From Mobula hypostoma (lineage: Eukaryota): 64,000 nucleotides of DNA. The position numbers and the translations under genes are program-made. The notes under the pieces were generated by a model, which saw nothing but the letters and a program-made list of their open reading frames with translations, was not told the origin of the DNA and ran no database searches. The DNA is taken from the NCBI RefSeq assembly GCF_963921235.1, contig NC_086097.1, positions 221,590,001 through 221,654,000 of the forward strand, written 5' to 3'. The stretch's first letter is position 1. Each line of letters opens with the position of its first letter. Shown here in pieces: positions 38,728 to 49,155 of the stretch.

Positions 38728-38806
38728 CAGGGGTATCCCGACCTTTTTATGCCATGGACCAATACCATTAAGCAAAGGGTCCATGGACCCAGGTTGGGAA
38801 CCCCTG
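38728..38806. mobile_element. 79-bp hAT (Charlie-type) MITE
   Basis: TIRs caggggtatcccgacct / aggttgggaacccctg and a perfect 8-bp TSD cactaaga (38720-38727, 38807-38814). Confidence 0.9.
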
Positions 38807-39899
38807 CACTAAGATGTTCACAGAAAGACAGAGTATAAGATGGGAAAAGTGGTGTAATAATGCATTTTTTTCTCATTATTCATGTGTGGGACATAGGGTT
38901 TGTTGGCAGAAAGTCTTCAATGATCTTTTCAAATTGTCATTACAAAGCTGGTGAGGTGCTATCTTCAAGTCTTAATACATTTACCTACATTGAAATCCTT
39001 TTACCAATTTGCCAATACACAATTCATGAATTTCATTTTACTTTGCTGGTTGCATCTCCGCACAGGACTGTACATTTTGACACCATTAATACAGTTAGCT
39101 ACATTGTTTCAAATTCCATCACACCAACTCACGTCACATGACTAACATCACACTAACTACTTTGCCCCTCTCAGATCTCTGAGGGACACAATCATTCACA
39201 TTCTGATTACACACTCTCTGTTCTCTTAAAAATTAGATCAGTTTCATCAGGCTTTCTTTTACAAATCATTGCTTGCTTTCTCACTACTGAAATTTTGGAG
39301 TATTTAGGTTATTACCTTTAGTAATTTCCTGACAACAAATATTAGGCTAATTGGACCAGAATTCTTAGATTCTCTCTAAATATTCGTAAGTAGCAAAAGA
39401 ACATACACATTTTTTCCCCATTTTTTTTTCAATCTAAAAGAACTTTGGAAAATGATAGTGAGGGCATCTGCCCCATTTCTACTTTTACCTTTAAAATGAG
39501 GTGGTTAGAAATTATCTGCTCATAGGTCACTCTTTAAAGTTGTTATTTTATTGTAACTGTTACTTTGCTGAACATGACTTTGGTGGGTTCCTGTGTAAGT
39601 ATTCAGTAATAGTTTTTAAAATTATTAAATAAAACAAAAATGTTGGTCTCTTCCTTCATTGCAAATATTGACATAAAGTAATCATTCAACAGGGCAGCTA
39701 TTTTCTTATTTATTGTTCTACTGGGAGAAATGCACAAATTCTCATGGTACTTCAGTCGAGTGTTTCTAGACCACCAACACTACAAACTCATTGAAATTCT
39801 ACTACCTATGGGGCTCAAGGTATTGCGCATAACAGAACAGGCATTGTATCCTTGCCTTTCCTCCACTGCCCTAATATAAGTTTGCAGGGAGGATCATGC

Positions 39900-40200
39900 C
39901 AGAGTAAATGAGAAGAGATAGAGAGATAGAAGGGTGAAAGGTTGAGTGTAGGGGAACTTTGAGCACTTAACGGCATTGAGAATACGGGAAGTTGGTCACA
40001 AATGGGATCAGAAACCTTAGAGATGTAGAGGTTAATTAGTGAAAGGGTGAAAGTTTAGCTATGGAAGTCGGTCAGGGACATCATATGGTTATCGATAGGA
40101 AGTGTTATTCAGAGTGATTGGGGCTCGGAAGGCCCTGGGAGCTAAGAGGAGGGTGTGGTGGGAGTGAAGTGTGATGGGAGTGAACGCTCATAAAAGCTGT
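39900..40200 (-). mobile_element. Highly decayed L2-like RT remnant
   Basis: Minus-strand ggccttccgagcccaatcactctgaa resembles the QSGFRP.HSTE motif, heavily eroded. Confidence 0.35.
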
Positions 40201-40775
40201 TTGAGAACAAGCATATCTGGAAGAAGACATCATATACACTTACGAGATCATTTTCATGGACAATGCATATTATACTTGCAGAAATGCACCATGCACAAAG
40301 CAAGTATTTAATCATGTTCATTTTATTCAGGGATTATGTTTAAATATGTGATAAGATTTCTAAGCCAGTACTATTGTGCTCCAACACAACAATCTTTTCA
40401 ATTCACAGCAAGCTGCTGTATCACAAACCTCACAGGTAAAGGAGAAACAATATCATCATCTACTTTTAAGGAGGTCACTATGCTCCTGACTCTCCTCTTA
40501 TAATGGTCTAATAGAGAGATAATTGTGTTTGTGTGATGAATTTAATATCTCTCATGAAAACTTCCAGCACTCACACTCCTCTTCATAGCAGCAGCACAGC
40601 AGTGGAATCTGCAAGTAGTTTCAAACTCCTGACAGTGCACATTGTAATGTATTGTGTGAGTATTCGTAGCGTCAGAGTGTGTATGACGGCAGGACGTAGA
40701 GAAGTAAAATGGAAGTCTGGTGAATAAACGTGATTTTTCAATCTATAGCGGTGTCCGAGTCACATCAATATTACA

Positions 40776-40787
40776 TGGTGTCAGAAG
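40776..40787 (+). other. Primer-binding site complementary to the tRNA-Leu(CAA) 3' end
   Basis: TGGTGTCAGAAG lies directly after the 5' LTR. The PPT gagaagggggga lies directly before the 3' LTR. Confidence 0.8.
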
Positions 40788-40824
40788 AAAACGCGAAAAA
40801 AAAGGAAGAGAAGATACGTAAAAG

Positions 40825-41532
40825 ATGTCACAGTTACAGCAACCGTCAAGTTTAAGCCTACAAGGTCATCTTGCTGAGAACTGGAAAATATGGATCCAGA
40901 AGTTTGAGCTGTTTTGCACCACTAGCGGAGTAGCTGAAAAGACGGAGAACGTGCAATGTGCTACATTTCTGTATGTGGCGGGAGAAGAGGCAATAAAGGT
41001 TTGCAACATGTTTGTCTTCCAAGATGATGAGCAAGATAAAACTGAAGTGTTGAAGAAAAAGTTTCAAGATTACTGCAAACCGAGAGAAAACCTACCGTAC
41101 ATCCGACACAAGTTTTTCATGAGGGCTCAAGGACCAATAGAGACCATAGGTGCCTATGTAACAGATTTGAAGAGCAAGGCAAAAAAATCTGTGAGCTCGG
41201 ACAACTGCATGACTCTTTAATATGTGACAGGATTGTATGCGGCATACGGGATGATCAAGTGAGAGGCAGGCTATTGAGAGAGGCGGATCTTACATTAGAA
41301 AAGGCGATTGATATTTGCCGTGCCAGCGAGATCACGTCAAGTCAGGTTAAAGTGCTCAATGAAGAGATTGAAGTGCACAAAATAAAATCTGAGAAAACTG
41401 ACAAGAGTAGGACAAAGCCAGCTCCACAGAATGATCAAAAGGAAGTTAACTGCAACAGATGTGGTTATAAACATGGATACAGAAAATGTCCAGCTTTTGG
41501 TCAGACATGCAAGTTATGCCAGAAAAGAAATC
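40825..41532 (+). pseudogene. Gypsy gag, frameshifted
   Basis: GHLAENWKIWIQKF, DRIVCGI, RLLREADLTLEKAIDIC and zinc knuckles CNRCG...H...CPAFGQTCKLC. Confidence 0.85.
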
Positions 41533-42701
41533 AGCTATGCATCGGGACTAATGTTCAAAACGGCAAAACTCATCGTACCAAACCAAATGAGACAGGAAAT
41601 GCTCAACAGAATTCATGAGTCACACCTGGGGATAGTGAAATGTAAAGGAAGAGCAAGGGACATTCTCTATTGGCCAGGCATGTCAACTCAGATAGAGGAC
41701 ATTGTGTCTCAGTGTGCTGTCTGTAATGAAAACAAAAACAGCAATCCAAGAGAGCCTCTGCTTCCCCACCCACTTCCAGGAAGACCATGGGAGAAGATTG
41801 GCACAGATCTTTTTCACCACAATGGTGCAGAATATCTGCTTTGTGTGGACTACTATTCAAATATCCGGAGATCACCAAGTTAAGTGACACGTCCAGTCGA
41901 GGTGTCATTACCGCAATGAAGTCAACATTCACAAGACATGGTGTTCCAGATATTGTCGTTAGTGACAATGGTCCACAATATGCCAGTGGTGAGTTCAGAG
42001 GGTTCTCAGAAAGCTGGGAATTTCAACATGTTACTTCCAGTCCAGGGCACGCTCAGTCTAATGGACAAGCAGAGAGAACTGTACAAACTGTCAAGAACAT
42101 GCTCAAGAAGGCACAAAGCAGCAACGGTGACCCTTGCATTGCTCTGCTTGAATACCGCAACACACCGATTGAGGGTGTGGGGTTCTCTCCTGCGCAGCTG
42201 TTGATGGGACGTCGTCTGAAGTCCAAACTGCCAACATCCACAACTCTACTGACCCCTGAAGGTAACGCTCAAGTACATGACAAGCAAAGGTACAAGCAAA
42301 TAAAGCAAAAGAGCTACTATGACAGACATACAAGACAGTTGCCAGATCGGCAAACTGGTGAAAATGTCAGAGTACAGAGAGGAGACACTTGGCAACCAGC
42401 TGTGGTTGTGAACAGACATCAGCAACCAAGATCCTTCATAGTTCGCACGCCGGATGGAAGAGTCTACAGGAGGAACAGGAAGCATCTGCTGAAGACAGGC
42501 GAGAGGGAGTTTCCACGTACAGATGCACAGGACATTTCCACATATACAGACGTGGAAACAAACGACACTAAGAGTGATGCAGACCACAGAGACACAGAGG
42601 TCACTGGAGAGACTGACACGGATGCAGGACAAGCACAGTCACAGTTGTATCACACACGGTCTGGGAGACAAGTCAAACTTCCAGCTAGATACAGAGACTA
42701 G
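41526..42701 (+). pseudogene. Gypsy integrase with one frameshift near 41860
   Basis: HESH...C..C zinc-binding motif, PWEKIGTDLF, VSDNGPQY, SNGQAER, YRNTP and TRSGR. Confidence 0.9.
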
Positions 42702-43359
42702 ACATACACACAGTCTCACATAGTTTGAGGCAAAGTCACACATGTTATAAGTTCCAAGGTGTGAAATAAAAGGTTTATTGGTCTATGTTAGTAAAAGAAA
42801 ATACACTGCTGTTAGTATTGTAAGATACAATGCAGAATACAGTACACGAAGATAAGTTTTTTTAGTTTATGTCATGGTTGTTGCACTGTAAGAAGGGCGT
42901 ACCTAGAGGCATTGTTTTGGTAATTCTCAGTGTTGTAAAAAGAAAAAAAATCTTGAGAAGGGGGATGTAATGTATTGTGTGAGTATTCGTAGCATCAGAG
43001 TGCGTATGACGGCAGGATGTAGAGAAGTAAAATGGAAGTCTGGTGAATAAATGTGGCTGTTGAATCTATAGCCGTGGCCGAATCACATCGATATTACACA
43101 CATCTTGTACGACCTCTCTTGGTCCTGAAGCACATTCCACACAATCAGGAAAGCTCACCAATGCCTCTAGCTTCTGAGGAGGCTGCAGAGAGCTGGACTG
43201 TGCACCTTCTGCAGGTGTGCGGCTGAGAGCATCCCAACATGCTGCATCACCGTGTTGTACGGAAACTGCACTGCAGCGGACAGGAGAGCTCCTCCAAGAG
43301 GCAGTTAAAACTGCCCAACGCATCACTGGCACCAGTCTACCTGCCATAAAGGACGATCA

Positions 43360-44150
43360 AACAGAGGAACAGAACTAGGCCATTTAGCGGATCAAATCTG
43401 CTCTGCCATTCAATCAGGGCTGATTTATTATCACTCACCCATCCTCCTGCTTTCTCGCCATAACCTTTGACATCCTTACTAATCAAAAATCTATCAACCT
43501 CCGCTTTAAATATACCCAATAACTCCACAGCTGTCACTGGCAATGGATTCCACAGATTTCCCAGCATCTGGCTAAAAAAGTTCCTCCACATCTCTGTTGT
43601 AAAGGGATGCCCTTCTGCTATGAGGATGTGTCCTCTGATTGTAGACTCCGCTACTCCTCATGGCCTCTCTGTCTCAGCCTTTCAATATTCACTAAGTTTC
43701 ACTGAGAACCCAGCTCATTCTTCTAAGCTGCAGTGAGAACAGGTCCAGAGCCATCAAATGCTCCTCATATGTTAACCCTTTTATTCCCAGAATCATTCTC
43801 GTGACCCTCTTCAATAACAGCACACCTTTTCTCACAATACTCCAAGTGCAGTCTGACCGATGCCTTATATCATCTCAGCATTACATCCTTGCTTTTATAT
43901 TCTAGTCCTTTTGAAATGAATGCTAAAAAACTTTACCACTGTTGCCTTCTTTACCACTGACTCAACCTGCAAGTTAACGTTTAAGGAATCATACATAGTG
44001 ACTCCCCAGACCCTTTGCACCTCAGATTTCTGAATTTTCTCCTCATTTGGAAAATAGACTATACCTTTAGTTCTTCTACCAAAGTACACGAGCATGCACT
44101 TCCTTATAACATGTTTTACCTGCCTCTTCTTTGCCTATTCTCCTTATCTA
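43360..44150 (-). mobile_element. CR1 3' fragment
   Basis: NFFSQMLGNLWNPLP and VNLQVESVVKKA on the minus strand. Confidence 0.85.
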
Positions 44151-45182
44151 GATAAAGCAGTGGATGACTGACAAAAGGCAAAGAGTGGGGATAAAGGGAG
44201 CCTTTTCTGGTTGGTCGTCAGTGACTACTGGTGTTCCACAGAGGTCTGTGTTGGGACTGATTCTTTTTACATTATAGATTGATGATTTCAATGATGGAAA
44301 TGATGGTCTTGTTGCAAAGTTTGCAGATGATATAAAGGTAGGTGGAGGGGCAGGTAGTTCTGAGGAAATAGGGAGGATACAGAAGGATTTGGACAGATTA
44401 GGAGAATAGGCAAAGAAGTGGCAGATGGAATACATTGTCGGGAAGTGTATGGTCATGCAATTTGGTTGCAGGTATGAAAGGGTTGACTATTCTCTAAATG
44501 AAAAGAAAATACAAAAACCTGAGGCAGAAAGGGATTTGGGAGTCCATGTGCAGGATTCCCTAACGGTTAATTTGCAGATTGAGTATGTGGTGAGGAAGGC
44601 AAAGGTGATGTTAGCATTCATTTCAAGAGGACCAGAATATAGAACCAAGGATGTAATGTTGAGACTTCATAAACAACTGGTGAGGCCTCAATTGGACTAT
44701 TGTGAGCAGTGTTTGTCCCCTTATCTGAGAAAAGATGTACTGAAACTGGAAAGAGTTCAAGGCAGGTTCATGAAAGTGATTCCAGGATTAAATCACTTGT
44801 TGTATGAAGACTGTTTGAGAGCTCTGTGCCTGTTTTCACTGGAATTTAGAAGAATGAGGGGGTGACCTAACTGAAACCTTTCAAATGGTGAAAGGCCTTG
44901 ATGTAGTGAGGATATTTCCTATGGAGGGGTGTCGAAGACTAGAGGGTATGGCTTTAAAACAGAGGAGCATCTTTTTAGAATAGAGATGAGGAGGAATTTC
45001 TTTAGCCAGACAGTGGTGAATCTGCGGAATTTGTATATTTAAGGCAGAAGTTGATAGATTTTTGATTGGTCAGGGCATGAAGGGATATGGGTTGAGGAAA
45101 ATTGGATCAGCCATGATGAAATGACAGAGCCGACTCAATGGGCCAAATGGCCTAACACTGCTCCTATACCTCATGGTCTTTA
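44151..45182 (+). mobile_element. CR1 RT to 3' fragment
   Basis: GVPQRSVLG, FADD and LVRPQLDYC motifs. Confidence 0.85.
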
Positions 45183-45474
45183 TAATCACTAAACCTCTTT
45201 CAGCACTGGAGTAATGTATTGAGACATTAACCCTGTTGTTTTCCATGAAATCCCCCTAACACTGGTGCTATGTTCTGTAAATCCAAAATCTAATCAAAAG
45301 GAAACTATGGGACACGGGATGCGTGTGCTTAGATTCTTCTAGTGAGGTGCTCTCTTACGATGTGATGGCATAATGACGTATGTCATTCACTACTTCTTAC
45401 ATATAACCCAGAATGAATTATATAAACAACAAAGAAAGCTGAATCAAATATATTTACAATATTACTCAAATATT

Positions 45475-45858
45475 GTGGTTGGTATCCATCTGTCTCGAAG
45501 GACAATGGGTAATGATGATCATAATCACAAGCCTAGGCAGAAGGTATGGCCAGAGATGGCCAGACATCAAGATCTCCCTCTCAGCCTCACCAGTGTAGTC
45601 CAAAGGAAAGCTTATGAAGCAATATGTCTGGCACCCTCTTGGCTGCAGGAGCTGGAGGAAGGACTTTCAGTGAGGTCCAGCCACTTTAGGGGCTCCTCGC
45701 CGGATCTGCTGTCTGGGTTTACTCCTGTAGGTCTTCGATTCTCCCGAGGCTGCCCACAAAACAGTGGGCTATTTACCTGTAACTGGGGATCTGGTTCACA
45801 GGCACCAGAGTGCGCCCACAAACCACTGGGCCTGCACACTACCTGTACAGGGGCCAGG
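45475..45858 (-). mobile_element. Non-autonomous RTE-like insertion inside a possible solo LTR (about 45266-45888)
   Basis: 10-bp TSD ctcaaatatt (45465-45474, 45859-45868); shares the tccaaaggaaag / tggcacc motifs with 61170-61450. Confidence 0.6.
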
Positions 45859-48469
45859 CTCAAATATTATTGAAATATTAAATGCACACTGTTAACACTT
45901 TTTGAACCTGAAGAACCCCCTTGGCATGAAGGATAGCTCTTCTGATGTCTCTATCCGATAATTGTTGTGGGTTATTAAATGCTGTGAATTGGTGCTTGGT
46001 AACATTAATTACTTGGAACTTGATTCCAAATGTTCTATCATCTAGTAGTTTACTAACAATATTCAACAAACTAACATTATTGGTATCAGTGACAAAATAA
46101 GTTATAAAAATGCATTACCTTTATACCCATCAACATGCCAAATTTCAAGTTAATGTCGCACAAAATTAGTGAGTAAATTAATAATTAGAGGTAGCAATGC
46201 TTATAACTATTATTGTTGTCAATAAAACTATTAAAAGTTAATTTCAACATGCACGTTAATTAAAATTGGTGAGAAATTTAATGAATTATTGTATTTATTG
46301 CCTTAATTACTCAGTGAACAGAATGATTGTATTTGGTCAGCTATTGCAGGATGAGTGTGAACATGCTACAGGAATCTGCTTGAATCAGTTACAGGCTTGG
46401 TGCTGCTTTAAACTGGATCTTCCTGGGAATAAAATTCTACAGCTCTATTCAGTGCAGTATTGAATGGCGATAACTGCACATTACCTGAGTACCACAAAGG
46501 GCACATTTCATACAAGCAAAGAATCTGGAAAAGCAACAATAAAATCATAAAATTATTTCAACAGAATAATGAAGGTAAAAGGACACCAATAATGTTCTTT
46601 ATTGCCGAATTTCAGTGAGCCAATGATGACATTTTGTGCTCAGATTTTTTTCTTTGTGACTATTTAACACTTTTGCAACCTTGCACATATTTTCTAGATG
46701 TTAAACTTTCAATTACATAAGGTCATCATACATAGATCTTATACAATAGGTTCAGTTTATAGCATTTATGAATGAATATGGATATTATACATTGAAATGT
46801 ATTATTTTTGTTTTATATAAACTCTTCCAAGTCCAAAAATCTAAATATTGAAATATAAATGGATAGTAATCTTACATGCACAAGGAACTATGCTAGCATT
46901 TCCTATTATTTCTGAAGTCTGTATATGATTTATCCAAAGAAATGATTACATCATGCATTAGTTATATTGCCCATTATTTAATCACAAATATACACGCTCT
47001 CCATTTAAAACATACCAGTCTGCTGCTTAAACACTCCAATTCCTTATAAACAACAGAGTAATTTGTTTAGCTGTGTAAGCTGCAGTAAGACTGCTTACAA
47101 TAAAATAATGCATACTGTTTTTAAAATGAATAAAAATTGATTGTGTCCCAATAAGATCTAAATTGGCAGAGTGATAATTGAATTTCACATAAACATCTGT
47201 AGAAGTCGGTGACTTTATATTGTGTGGTAATGTAATATAGGACACTTAGGGATAAATGCATCCTCCAGTTGATTTCACAGAGAATTTCTAATGCTGCCTG
47301 ATGAAATTGTAAAAATGTGATTATAAGGATGTGCTAATGATTCTTAAAACAAAGATGAAAAAAAATAACCATGGGAATAATTTCCTCCTACTGTTTGCAG
47401 GATAAATTCTATGTAAATTAGTTATTTGTAAAGTATTGCTCTGAAAGCATAAACATCAATCAAAACAGACAAAAATATATTACTATCTAAAAGGAGTAGT
47501 TGGCATCAATGAAATAATCATGCTCTAGCAACTTTATTCATTTAGTATAAATCTTTCTCTTCCTGGGTGACATTAGCAAATTAGGTTGGTTTCTCCTCAT
47601 TAATACTTTCTTAAATTGCTTTATCCTATTTTTCTTTTGAAATTCCTTTTGAAAAAAAGAAAGAACTTCCCCCCCAGGGTCTTTGTGTATGCTGTGGGGG
47701 CGGGTGGAGGGGAGGTGAGGAGGAGTGGAAAGTTTTGGTGTGTTGTAGGAAAGGTGATGGATTTAAGGCTGGAGGGTGTGTCTCCAGTGAAGTGATTATC
47801 TTAGGAGGCTAGTACGGCTATCTGAGGAGAAGAGTAGATTGCGAAGATCTGGCAACGTTGGGATGAAGTGTAGTGCTCAAAGTTACTTATCCCCTGTCCA
47901 CTCAAGCAGGGGATGGGAATGATATTGAAGAGATATGGAAGAGGAACTGCTAGAACAAATCTAAATTGACTAAAGTCTCCTTAGAATAATCAGACATTAA
48001 CCCTGATCATTATCTAGTCTGTTTACATCTCTTTAACCTTTATGCTCCTCCACTTTGCCAAATCCTATGATATCAGAAGGCTTCTATCTTTATATTGTCT
48101 TAAAGAGCACAATTTTAGACACAATTTTGCCAGATTATTGGTTATAGACTTTCCCTCCATATGTCACATAAATTCATGTTGTTTTAATGGTTTTAACAAG
48201 CAAACCCTCTTCTACTCATCCTTAAATGATGGCCTGTATTTTATTGTCGGTGATGACCTAGAGGAAGAGCTCCCACATTGTCATCTCCATGGTGAAATTT
48301 ACCCTTCCGCCAAAACCTATTTCTGTCAGACTATGAAAGTTTTCATTTAAAATAATTGTTAATTCAATTTAATAGTAACATCAGTTGGTACTGAAGCCAA
48401 AAGGTCACATTCAACAAATCAAAAGTTGGATTTTACAGAAAGTGATGTTCGCAGTCATTACCTCATGAA

Positions 48470-49155
48470 ACAGGAGGGGGGGGGAGCCCCTTTCTCTGAA
48501 GAAAGAGGACATCTCCTTCATTCTGGAATGCAAAGTCTCATCCTGAGAGATGATATGGCAGAGATGAAGGAATTGATAGAAGGTGATGGCATTATTACAA
48601 GTAACAGGGTAGGAAGGGGTGTAGTCCAGGTAGCTGTGAGAGTCAGTGGGTTTATAGTAGACATTGGTGGATAAGTTGTCTCCAAGAGATAAGACAGAGA
48701 GATAGAGAAAAGTGAGCGAAGTGTCAGAAATGGACCAGGTAAATTTGAAGGCAGGGTCGAAGTTGGAGGCAAAGTTGATGAAGTCAACGAGCTTGGCATG
48801 GGTGCAGGAAGCAGCACCAATGCAGTCATCGATGTAGCAGAGGAAAATTAGGGGAAGTGACACCGGTGTAGGCTTGAAACATACACTGTTCCAGGTAGCG
48901 GACAAAAAGGCAGGCATAGCTGGGACCCATGCGGGTACCCATGGTTACACCTTTTGTTTGAAGAAAGTGAGAGGAACCAATGGAGAAATCATTGAGCGAG
49001 GATAAGTTCCGCTAAACAGAGGAACTGGTTGAGTCTGGTGTCCAGAAAGAAATGGAAAGCTCTGGGGCCTTCCTGGTGGGGTATGGAGGTGTACAGGGAC
49101 TGGACATCCATCGTAAAAATAAGATGCTCGGGTCCAAGAAACTTGAAATCATTGG
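48470..49155 (-). mobile_element. Penelope-like reverse transcriptase fragment
   Basis: MGTRMGPSYACLF, YIDDCIG, FKFTWSIS and VYYKPTDSHSYL motifs. Confidence 0.85.

Larger units (their letters stand above)
40643..43098 (+). mobile_element. Ty3/Gypsy LTR retrotransposon, internally deleted (gag plus integrase only)
   Basis: 133-bp LTRs with TG...CA ends (40643-40775, 42966-43098), 5-bp TSD CACAT, PBS and PPT. Inserted into a Rex1 fragment (about 40510-40642 and 43099-43350). Confidence 0.95.

Noticed and set aside
45373..45873. 166-aa ORF
   Set aside because: It spans the junction of two nested repeats and has no recognisable motif.
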